A program made the position numbers and the translations under genes. 64,000 bases of DNA from contig DQHP01000176.1 in NCBI GenBank assembly GCA_003524435.1, positions 1,448-65,447 of the forward strand, read 5' to 3'. Under the pieces are notes generated by a model, which did no database searches, had not been told where the DNA came from, and saw only the letters and a list, made by a program, of their open reading frames with translations. Below, one piece after another: positions 1 to 7,996 of the stretch. The DNA is from Microbacterium sp. (GTDB lineage Bacteria; Actinomycetota; Actinomycetes; Actinomycetales; Microbacteriaceae). Within the stretch, counting starts at the first letter, position 1. The number at the start of each line of letters is the position of its first letter.

Positions 1-970
1 TCTCGCCTGCGCTCGGCCACATGAGTCCGACAAGCAACACCACCACGCCCAGAGCTCCGGCGAGCACGAGCGCGCGAGGTCGCGAAGATTTCGTCCGTCT
101 GTTCGGGTGGGCGTTTCCGCTAACGTCTTCTCCCGAGCGGGGCTGCGCGCGTCGGCGTAGGCCTGTGATCAGATCGGCCGCATGCTCGCGTACTGCAGCT
201 GTGAGGCGAGCCCATCGTGCTGAGTGAGGTTCCGTGCGTTCCTGCCTGCGCGTCGCTCGACGAGTCGGAAGAGATGCCGGAAGCGTGGCTGCCACTCGCC
301 CGGCAGAAACTCCGCCCGCGCTCTCGGGTGCGAAAACATCAAGGCGAAGCGCGCGTGGTGCGGCGATTGCGAAAAGCTCTTCTTCCCAGCGTCGATCATC
401 TTCCACGTGATGGCGCGGACGTCTGAGCGCTACCGTAATATCTTCCAACACTCGAATTGTCGCGCGGTCAGAGGTGTGCTGAGCGCTGCGCTCCACGAGA
501 TGAGCGGTGCGCGCCCGCGCTTCGCCGCCCTCGCCGTGCACGAAGAGCGGACGCCCATCATTCGTGAGCCACCAGTCCCCCGTGGCCCCGGAATCCTCTG
601 ACCCGAGTTCGCGAATCCCCCGCAACACACTTGCGACGAGCGTACCCAGCTCCCCAGGCGCCAACGGTGCGTCTGCGATCTGACGTCGTCCCAGAAATGA
701 TTCGACACGGCCTGTACACCAGGGCAGGAGCGCATCGTGTCCGTCATCTCTTCGCCGCAGATCCAGAACACCGCACACGTGGTCAGCATCCGAGAATGCC
801 CAGCCTGGCCACTGAGTCAACCGCTCAGCGTTCACGCACACCGCTACCCCTTCTTCGTAGGTAATGAGAGAGCCCGCGAACGGGCCTTCTTTCCCATCGA
901 TTGCACGAATAACGCGATGGGCGCCTGGCACGAGCGAGGTGCGATCAGTTGTGGCATCCGTCTGAGTCAT
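1..970 (-). CDS. Membrane-anchored degenerate kinase-like protein (runs off the left edge; not in the ORF track)
   Basis: Manual translation: open frame from ATG at 970 to the window edge. Reads MTQTDATTDRTSLVPGAHRVIR...LLPWCTGRVESFLGRR...LAPGELGTLVASVLRGIREL...GDWWLTNDGRPLFV...RPRALVLAGALGVVVLLVGLMWP (TM helix). Confidence 0.75.
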   Translation of the reverse strand, partial: MTQTDATTDRTSLVPGAHRVIRAIDGKEGPFAGSLITYEEGVAVCVNAERLTQWPGWAFSDADHVCGVLDLRRRDDGHDALLPWCTGRVESFLGRRQIADAPLAPGELGTLVASVLRGIRELGSEDSGATGDWWLTNDGRPLFVHGEGGEARARTAHLVERSAQHTSDRATIRVLEDITVALRRPRHHVEDDRRWEEELFAIAAPRALRLDVFAPESAGGVSAGRVAATLPASLPTRRATRRQERTEPHSARWARLTAAVREHAADLITGLRRRAQPRSGEDVSGNAHPNRRTKSSRPRALVLAGALGVVVLLVGLMWPSAGE

Positions 971-1116
971 CCGTTCATCTCATCCGATTCAAGCGGTCGG
1001 CGCTGGCGCGAATACGTGATTGTTCAGAGACCCTCGAAAATCACGAATGTGGAGGACAAGTGCGCCCCACGCGAACGCGGACGTGAGGCCAGCGCGAACT
1101 CGGTAAGATAATCGCT

Positions 1117-1827
1117 ATGGCTAAGCGCGCTCCTGAACCCGAAAAACGTCCGGGATTCTTCTCCCAGATCAAGTCTCTGTTCCGGTTCACGCGTGACGTA
1201 TATAAGTGGCTGCCCTGGGCACAGATCGCGATCCTCGTCGGTGGCGTCCTACTCGGACTCGTTGTCGGCTATCTGATCCCCCCGTTCCAGGTGTGGACGC
1301 TCGTTCTGTGGGCAATCACGGGCCTCATGCTCGGTGTGCTCGGCGCGCTTTTCCTCATGACTCGCCTGTCGACCACCGCAATGTACGCAAAGATCGACGG
1401 CATGCCGGGCGCCAGCGGGCACGTCATGAGCTCGAGCCTTGGACGCAAGTGGCAGGCTTCCGACACCCCCGTGGGCATTAACCCTAAGACGCAAGAAGCC
1501 GTCTACCGGGCTATCGGCCGCGGTGGCATCGTCGTCGTTGGAGAAGGCTCACGCGGTCGATTGACACGACTCGTCAATGAAGAACGAACCAAGGCACAAC
1601 GCGTCGCGCAGGGCGTACCCGTGCACGTGTTCTACGTCGGCCATGGCGACGACGAGGTACAGATCGCGGATCTGTCGAAGAAGATCAAGAAACTGCCGAA
1701 CGTTATCGACAAGGCCACTCTGGCGGCCGTCATCCGACGGATCGACTCCGTTTCGCAGTCTGTTTCTTCTCTGCCGATTCCCAAGGGCATCGATCCCTCG
1801 AAGGTGCGCGCTCAGCGTCCGCGCTGA
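1117..1827 (+). CDS. DUF4191 family membrane protein
   Basis: Two N-terminal TM helices, G.PGA and C-terminal PIPKGIDP motifs; usual position upstream of RDD/glnA; TAAGAT 6 nt before the ATG. Confidence 0.9.
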   Translation: MAKRAPEPEKRPGFFSQIKSLFRFTRDVYKWLPWAQIAILVGGVLLGLVVGYLIPPFQVWTLVLWAITGLMLGVLGALFLMTRLSTTAMYAKIDGMPGASGHVMSSSLGRKWQASDTPVGINPKTQEAVYRAIGRGGIVVVGEGSRGRLTRLVNEERTKAQRVAQGVPVHVFYVGHGDDEVQIADLSKKIKKLPNVIDKATLAAVIRRIDSVSQSVSSLPIPKGIDPSKVRAQRPR

Positions 1828-1851
1828 TCACTCACCCGCGCGGGTCAACGT

Positions 1852-3048
1852 TCAGGAGTCGCGTTGTTCCAGCGTCTCTTTGGGCAGTCGCCGCACGCGC
1901 GCGCGACGACGTCGACGCGCCGGAATCATCGTGCGCATCTCATCGAGCTTCCCGAAGCACAGCAGCCGATCGTCTGCTTCCAGCACCACGTGTTGACGCG
2001 GGTTGGGGATCACGCTGACGCCACGATGCAACGTGAGAACAGTGATGTCTCGCTCCCACAAGCCTGACTCCCCCAGCGTCTTTCCCACGAGCTCCGCTGC
2101 GCTGTGAACGAGTAGTTCCGCGACCCCGTACCCTGTGGAGACAGTCAGTCGCTGTCGTACGTCAATCTCGGGGAATGCGACCTGGTCAGCGATGTAGTCG
2201 ATGATGGCGCCGGCAACATCGAGGTTCGTCGCCTGCTCGATTCCCTGCAGTCCTGGCGAGGAGTTCACCTCCATCACGAGCGGACCGTCATCACCCTCGA
2301 GCATGTCCACTCCGGCAACACGAAGGCCCATTATCTGGGCTGAACGAACGGCCGTGCGCTCGTAGATCGGATCGAGGACGACGGGCTCCACGCTGCCACC
2401 TCGGTGCACATTAGAACGGAATTCGTCGCCCGCCGCGACCCGTCGCATAGCCGCAACGACACGGTCTCCGACCACCAAAGCCCGGATGTCGCGCCCGCGA
2501 CTTTCCGAAATGAACTTCTGGATCAGGACGTTCTGGTTCGTGGAATGCAGAGTCTCGATGATGGCTTCCGCGACCTTCACCTGCGGCGCAAGAATCACGC
2601 CTATCCCCTGGGTCCCCTCCAACAGTTTGATAACAACGGGAGCGCCACCCACGCGCTCGATAGCGGGACGCACGTCAGCGCGATTACGAACGAAAGCGGT
2701 CGCGGGCATCGAGATGTCGTGCTTGGAGAGAATCTGATTCGCCCGCAGCTTGTCACGTGCGCTCGAGATGCCGTTGGCAGTGTTCGGCGTGTAGACGTCC
2801 ATCTGCTCGAACTGACGCACGACAGCCGTCCCGAAGTACGTGATCGAGGCGCCGATACGGGGCAGGATCGCTTCATAGTCGCTCAGCGGCCGCCCTCGAT
2901 AGTGCAGGTCTGGTTCATCCGCAGTCAGGTCGATCGCAAACTTCAGAGTATTGAGCACTTTCACGTCGTGACCACGTTGGACTGCGGCTGCGCGTAGGCG
3001 CTGCGTGGAATATGCGTGGGGTGCGCGGGAGAGTACTGCGAGCTTCAC
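1852..3048 (-). CDS. rimK: RimK-family ATP-grasp alpha-L-glutamate ligase with C-terminal TrkA_C (RCK_C) domain
   Basis: KLAVLSR..YST.RL, LPRIGAS, KLLEGTQGIGV, FRSNVHRGG, EVNSSPGLQGIE; tail LVGKTLGESGL...VLTLHRG..IPNP...LEADDRLL. Start set at GTG 3048. Confidence 0.9.
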   Translation of the reverse strand: MKLAVLSRAPHAYSTQRLRAAAVQRGHDVKVLNTLKFAIDLTADEPDLHYRGRPLSDYEAILPRIGASITYFGTAVVRQFEQMDVYTPNTANGISSARDKLRANQILSKHDISMPATAFVRNRADVRPAIERVGGAPVVIKLLEGTQGIGVILAPQVKVAEAIIETLHSTNQNVLIQKFISESRGRDIRALVVGDRVVAAMRRVAAGDEFRSNVHRGGSVEPVVLDPIYERTAVRSAQIMGLRVAGVDMLEGDDGPLVMEVNSSPGLQGIEQATNLDVAGAIIDYIADQVAFPEIDVRQRLTVSTGYGVAELLVHSAAELVGKTLGESGLWERDITVLTLHRGVSVIPNPRQHVVLEADDRLLCFGKLDEMRTMIPARRRRRARVRRLPKETLEQRDS

Positions 3049-3074
3049 AAAGATTTCCTGCCAAGATGTATCGC

Positions 3075-3554
3075 GTGGGTAAGACATCTCATTCAAACAC
3101 TCTTACGGGGTGGCGTGAATGGGTGAGCCTTCCTGATGCCGGTGTGGACTGGATTAAGGCGAAGATCGACACCGGCGCGCGCACCTCGTCGTTGCATGCT
3201 TTTGAGATCGAAGAGTTTGATCGAGAGGGCGAGAATTGGGTGCGTTTTCGAGTCAATCCTTGGCAGGATACGAACGCGGATGCCACGATCGTCGAGTGTC
3301 CTGTGCATGATCGACGCGAGGTGCGAAGTTCATCTGGTCACGCGCAGCGGCGCCTCGTCGTGCTGCTCGCGATTCGCCTTGTCGACCGGCTTGTCGTCTC
3401 AGAGGTTACTTTGAGTAACCGTGACGAGATGGGCTTTCGCATGCTGATCGGCCGTGAGGCGCTGCGCAGGGGCTTTGTAGTGGATCCTGCACGCTCGTTC
3501 CTCGGTGGTAGAGCGCCGAAAGACATGCGTCGCCGCAATCGTGGCCGCGTGTGA
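3075..3554 (+). CDS. RimK-associated retropepsin-like protease (RimB / PF05618 family)
   Basis: GWREWV, KAKIDTGARTSSLHA, VRSSSG, MLIGREAL motifs. Start GTG 3075; ATG 3066 is an alternative. Confidence 0.88.
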   Translation: MGKTSHSNTLTGWREWVSLPDAGVDWIKAKIDTGARTSSLHAFEIEEFDREGENWVRFRVNPWQDTNADATIVECPVHDRREVRSSSGHAQRRLVVLLAIRLVDRLVVSEVTLSNRDEMGFRMLIGREALRRGFVVDPARSFLGGRAPKDMRRRNRGRV

Positions 3555-3559
3555 GGCCT

Positions 3560-3988
3560 TCACGCTCGGATGAGAATCGTGCCCGCTGCCTTGTCATGGA
3601 GTCCCCGCTGATCGGCGTCCCAGATCACGGCCGGAAGCACGACGACAAGTAACAGAGTGCGCACAATCGGTCGCCAGAGCCCGACCCAACCACCGCCGTA
3701 GCGGACGACGCGCATCCCCAAGATGCGGTGCCCTGGGCTTCCCCCGATCGTCGGGATGAAGAGAATCTGTAGCACCGCGAAGATAATCATCGGAGCGAAC
3801 ATCGTCACACCAGCCTCAGTGGGCAAAGCGAACTGGTCGTACCCGAAAAAGCCGGTGGCGATGATGCTGGCGGCGACATAATCGATCAGGAGAGCGCCAA
3901 TGCGACGCCCCGCTCGGGCGATGCTGGTCGCCCCTGATTCTGGGAGCCCCAGACGTTCTCCGGGGTACGAGTTCACAGCATCTGTCAC
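3560..3988 (-). CDS. RDD family membrane protein
   Basis: RRIGALLID, SPGHRILGMRV, DQRGLHDKAAGT; divergent from glnA. Confidence 0.9.
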   Translation of the reverse strand: MTDAVNSYPGERLGLPESGATSIARAGRRIGALLIDYVAASIIATGFFGYDQFALPTEAGVTMFAPMIIFAVLQILFIPTIGGSPGHRILGMRVVRYGGGWVGLWRPIVRTLLLVVVLPAVIWDADQRGLHDKAAGTILIRA

Positions 3989-4010
3989 GTAATCATCCTA
4001 TCTAGGGTCT

Positions 4011-4048
4011 GTAACATGGGCGAAACATAGAAGACACGGCGAAGTAAT
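4011..4048 (+). promoter_or_regulatory. GlnR box upstream of glnA
   Basis: GTAAC-n6-GAAAC-n6-GACAC-n6-GTAAT fits the actinobacterial GlnR consensus gTnAc-n6-GaAAc repeated. Confidence 0.75.
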
Positions 4049-4110
4049 CCCTTCGTTCTAATCTTCATGAAGGTCTCAAGACCAAAATCCGCATTACCCA
4101 GGAGTGATAC

Positions 4111-5535
4111 ATGTTCACCGATTCGTCCGAAGTGCTGCGCTATATCGAGGAAAATGACGTCAAGTTCCTCGACATCCGTTTCACTGATCTGCCCGGCGTG
4201 CAGCAGCACTTCAACATTCCGGCGTCCACAGTCGACGAGGAGTTCTTCACCGAAGGACAGCTCTTCGACGGCTCGTCGATCAGAGGCTTCGCCAGCATCC
4301 ACGAATCCGACATGCAGCTCATCCCGGACGTAACAACGGCGTACCTGGACCAGTTCCGCGAAGCCAAAACGCTCGTGATGCTGTTCGACATCTACAACCC
4401 CCGCACCGGCGAGATCTATTCGAAGGACCCCCGTCAGGTTGCCAAGAAGGCCGAGAAGTACCTGGCTTCCACAGGAATCGCCGACACAGCATTCTTCGCC
4501 CCCGAGGCCGAGTTCTACATCTTCGACGACGTCCGCTACTCGGTATCAGCGCACCAGAGCTTTTACAGCGTGGACTCCGAAGAGGGAGCCTGGAACACCG
4601 ACCGTGAAGAAGAGGGCGGCAACCTCGCCAACAAGACGCCGTACAAGGGCGGTTACTTCCCCGTCGCGCCTGTCGACAAGACAGCAGACCTGCGCGACGA
4701 GATGACGCTGAACCTCATTGAGGCAGGATTCGCGCTCGAGCGGTCGCACCACGAAGTCGGTACCGGCGGTCAGCAGGAGATCAACTACCGTTTCGACACG
4801 ATGGTGCACGCGGCAGATGACATCCTGAAGTTCAAATACATCATCAAGAACACGGCAGAGCAGTGGGGCAAGACCGTCACGTTCATGCCGAAGCCGCTTT
4901 ACGGCGACAACGGATCTGGGATGCACACGCACCAGTCACTGTGGAGCGAAGGCAAGCCGCTGTTCTACGACGAGGCCGGTTACGGTCAGCTCAGCGATGT
5001 TGCCCGCTGGTACATCGGTGGCCTGCTCAAGCACGCGAACGCTGTGCTTGCGTTCACGAACCCGTCGCTCAACAGCTACCACCGTCTGGTGAAGGGCTTC
5101 GAAGCGCCGGTAAACCTCGCCTACTCCGCGGGCAACCGTTCCGCGGCGATCCGCATCCCGTTGACGGGTTCGAACCCGAAGGCTAAGCGCATCGAGTTCC
5201 GCGTGCCGGATGCCTCAAGCAACCCGTATCTGGCGTTCGCAGCCCAGCTGATGGCGGGCCTCGACGGTATAAAGAACCGTATCGAGCCGCTGGCGCCGAT
5301 CGACAAGGACCTGTACGAACTTCCCCCCGAGGAAGCCAAGAACATTCCGCAGGTGCCGAACTCGCTGCAGGACTCGCTCGATGCTCTTGCGGAAGACCAC
5401 CAGTTCCTACTTGAGGGCGGCGTCTTCACCCAGGAGCTCATCGACACATGGATCTCTTACAAGGTCGACAACGAGATCATCCCGCTGGCGCAGCGCCCGC
5501 ACCCGTTCGAGTTTGAGCTCTACTACGGGGTGTAG
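4111..5535 (+). CDS. glnA: Glutamine synthetase type I
   Basis: [40 protein letters not shown], adenylylation motif [11 protein letters not shown]. Confidence 0.98.
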   Translation: MFTDSSEVLRYIEENDVKFLDIRFTDLPGVQQHFNIPASTVDEEFFTEGQLFDGSSIRGFASIHESDMQLIPDVTTAYLDQFREAKTLVMLFDIYNPRTGEIYSKDPRQVAKKAEKYLASTGIADTAFFAPEAEFYIFDDVRYSVSAHQSFYSVDSEEGAWNTDREEEGGNLANKTPYKGGYFPVAPVDKTADLRDEMTLNLIEAGFALERSHHEVGTGGQQEINYRFDTMVHAADDILKFKYIIKNTAEQWGKTVTFMPKPLYGDNGSGMHTHQSLWSEGKPLFYDEAGYGQLSDVARWYIGGLLKHANAVLAFTNPSLNSYHRLVKGFEAPVNLAYSAGNRSAAIRIPLTGSNPKAKRIEFRVPDASSNPYLAFAAQLMAGLDGIKNRIEPLAPIDKDLYELPPEEAKNIPQVPNSLQDSLDALAEDHQFLLEGGVFTQELIDTWISYKVDNEIIPLAQRPHPFEFELYYGV

Positions 5536-5583
5536 TCACCTTCTGAATTCGGGTCCGGTACCCCGGAGCCTTTAGAAGTTCAG

Positions 5584-5616
5584 AGAGCCGTCTCAGCGTC
5601 CTGCTGAGACGGCTCT
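5584..5616. terminator. Hairpin terminator between convergent genes
   Basis: Perfect 14-bp stem AGAGCCGTCTCAGC-gtcct-GCTGAGACGGCTCT after glnA. Confidence 0.8.
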
Positions 5617-5620
5617 TCAT

Positions 5621-6064
5621 TTACTCGTCCCTGAGGCGCTCACTGGCGGAGAAGTTGAGCCTGAGCCCAATGGACTCAGCGATCGCGAAGGCCGCGACGA
5701 CCAGCGCGCCGGAAAGGAAGAATATGATTCCGAAGCCGGTGAGGGGGATTAGATTGCTGAAGGTCAAGGCAACAAGCGCGACGAAGGACAACGCATTACC
5801 CGCGATCACGAAAATAGCGAACTTCGTGGGTATGCGGGGATATCCCGCGATGAGTCCCAGGGATGCGGCACCACCCAGCATGGCGATTCCGAAAGGAATC
5901 GACCAATACACAGGCAGGCCGAATGGAACGACGAGCAGCGTGGCGCCGGCGAGAAGTACGACGCCGAATGCCGCGGTGCTCCACGCGTCAATCCGCAACG
6001 CCCTCCGCAATGTCTCGGAGGCGGGACTCGTTGCGGATCGAGCGGTGGCAGGAACAGTGCTCAT
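5621..6064 (-). CDS. Small 4-TM membrane protein
   Basis: LRRALRIDA N-terminal motif, four hydrophobic segments, GAGGAG RBS; divergent from an MmyB-type regulator. Confidence 0.8.
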   Translation of the reverse strand: MSTVPATARSATSPASETLRRALRIDAWSTAAFGVVLLAGATLLVVPFGLPVYWSIPFGIAMLGGAASLGLIAGYPRIPTKFAIFVIAGNALSFVALVALTFSNLIPLTGFGIIFFLSGALVVAAFAIAESIGLRLNFSASERLRDE

Positions 6065-6131
6065 AATTCTCACTCCTCAGTAATGATGTCTGTGACGCAG
6101 ACAAAACTGACAGCAGCGCCGTACGAACTCA

Positions 6132-6148
6132 ATAACCTCCGAGGTCAT
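6132..6148. promoter_or_regulatory. Palindromic operator, probably for the adjacent MmyB-type regulator
   Basis: ATAACCTC-C-GAGGTCAT (7 of 8 arm positions pair) between divergent genes. Confidence 0.55.
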
Positions 6149-6183
6149 GGCTGACGAGACGTGCGATCGGTAGGGTCGGGTCC

Positions 6184-7035
6184 ATGGATACACGACGGGC
6201 ACCTGCAGTTGGCGTGCTCCTGCGTGACTGGCGGCAGCGTCGCAGATTGAGTCAACTCGCACTCGCCAATTACGCCGAGACATCCACCCGTCACCTGTCG
6301 TACCTGGAAACTGGCAGAGCTCGTCCCAGTCGAGCCATGGTGATACACCTATCAACCGTTCTTGAGATCCCCCTGCGTGAACGGAATGCTCTGTTGCTGG
6401 CGGCGGGTTACGCACCGGAGTATCGGGAGAGCGATCTCGATGACGATTACATGCGGTCAGTGCGTTTTGCGCTCGACACGATGTTGAAATCTCACGAGCC
6501 CTACCCTGCGTTCGTGATCGACCGGTTCTGGAATGTTGTGGCAAGCAACCGCGGAATGACCGCTCTGATGGACGAGGTGCCCGCACATCTCATGGATCCG
6601 AGGCCGAATGTGTTCCGGCTGGTGCTGCATCCCGATGGCCTATCGTCGCGGCTCATCAATCGTGGACAAGTTCGCGCGTACTTTCTTGAACGTCTGTCGC
6701 ATCAGGTGATTTCGACCGGCGACGCCGATCTCCGAGCACTGCACGACGAGGTCGTGCGCTACCCCGCCCCGAAGGACAGCGACGAGTCACCCCCAGACGC
6801 CGATGCCATGCTGCCCAGTCCGGTGCAAGTGCCCTTGAGGATACGCACCCCGGACGGCGACATGTCGATGTTCAGCACCATGGCTACGTTCGGGGCGCCG
6901 GCAGATGTCACACTTTCGGAGCTTGCGATCGAATTCTTCTATCCGCTCGACGAGTTCACTGACAGACTCATCCACCGGCTGGTCGAACACGAAACCCGAT
7001 CGTCAGACGACCGCGCGGATTCATCCCGTCACTAA
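6184..7035 (+). CDS. XRE-HTH / MmyB-like ligand-binding transcriptional regulator
   Basis: LRDWRQRRRLSQLALA..STRHLSYLETGRARPS, HEPYPAFVIDR.WN, IEFFYP.D. Confidence 0.9.
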   Translation: MDTRRAPAVGVLLRDWRQRRRLSQLALANYAETSTRHLSYLETGRARPSRAMVIHLSTVLEIPLRERNALLLAAGYAPEYRESDLDDDYMRSVRFALDTMLKSHEPYPAFVIDRFWNVVASNRGMTALMDEVPAHLMDPRPNVFRLVLHPDGLSSRLINRGQVRAYFLERLSHQVISTGDADLRALHDEVVRYPAPKDSDESPPDADAMLPSPVQVPLRIRTPDGDMSMFSTMATFGAPADVTLSELAIEFFYPLDEFTDRLIHRLVEHETRSSDDRADSSRH

Positions 7036-7045
7036 CGACGGAAAC

Positions 7046-7960
7046 TCAGTACACCCGGAGCGCACCAGCCTGCACACGAACTTCGAACGATGACACCGCA
7101 CCGATCTCTTCACCGTCGATCTCGAACTCGAGGGGTGCGTCAAGTTCGACGCGGATGCGCTCGGCTGTCAGATGGCGCGTGGACTCGGTGCTGACTGCTT
7201 GCTCGTCCCGGCCGAGAAGTCGCCGGATGCCGTTGTCCCACACCACGGATTTCACTGTGTCGAGCCATTGCAGCGCACCATCGGCACTGATGAGCAGCAG
7301 GTCGAGCAGACCGTCATCGATTTTCGCATCCGGTAACAGGCGAATGCCTCCCTGCACCATCCCGCAGTTTCCGATCAGCAGAGTGTGACCGCGCAGTTCG
7401 CTGGGATCTCCGTCATCAAGTGTGAGGGTGATGCCGGTCATCTCTGTTCCGGCCATGGCGCGCCCCATCGCTTCTACATAGGCAAGCCACCCCGCGCGGT
7501 CCTTGAGATCGTCGTCGGTTTCAACGAGCATCTGTGCGTCAACGCCGAAGCCGATCATCACCGCAAAGGCGCGCTCCTCACCGTCAATATTCACCCAACC
7601 GAGGTCGATCGTACGTTCCTCCCCCGCGCTGATCCGGGCTAGCGCAGCCGGAATATCATCGAGGGGCACTTCGAGATTGCGAGCCAACAGATTGCCGGTT
7701 CCCTGCGGGACAATACCGAGCACAGCATCCGTGCCCGCCAGCGCTGCAGACACGGCGCGCACCGTGCCATCCCCACCGACAGCGATCACCGTGCTGCAAC
7801 CGGCCTCAACAGCTTCCACAGCCATGCCGTATCCAGGGTCGTCTTCACTGGTCTCCCACCACTGCACATCGCCCTCAAGAGATGCGCTCACGGCGTCCTT
7901 CAACACGTCCTCGTCGATCTTCGAGGGGTTCCAGATAATTCCGGTCTTCGTCGCTGTCAT
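7046..7960 (-). CDS. Diacylglycerol/lipid kinase family protein
   Basis: IWNP, GGDGTV, GTGNLLARNL, EIDGE. Confidence 0.9.
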   Translation of the reverse strand: MTATKTGIIWNPSKIDEDVLKDAVSASLEGDVQWWETSEDDPGYGMAVEAVEAGCSTVIAVGGDGTVRAVSAALAGTDAVLGIVPQGTGNLLARNLEVPLDDIPAALARISAGEERTIDLGWVNIDGEERAFAVMIGFGVDAQMLVETDDDLKDRAGWLAYVEAMGRAMAGTEMTGITLTLDDGDPSELRGHTLLIGNCGMVQGGIRLLPDAKIDDGLLDLLLISADGALQWLDTVKSVVWDNGIRRLLGRDEQAVSTESTRHLTAERIRVELDAPLEFEIDGEEIGAVSSFEVRVQAGALRVY

Positions 7961-7996
7961 GTGCTCAGCCTGAGCCAGCATTTGCCAATGTGCAAG

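Noticed and set aside
5655..6083. 142-aa plus-strand ORF
   Set aside because: Antisense of the hydrophobic minus-strand gene, which has the RBS.
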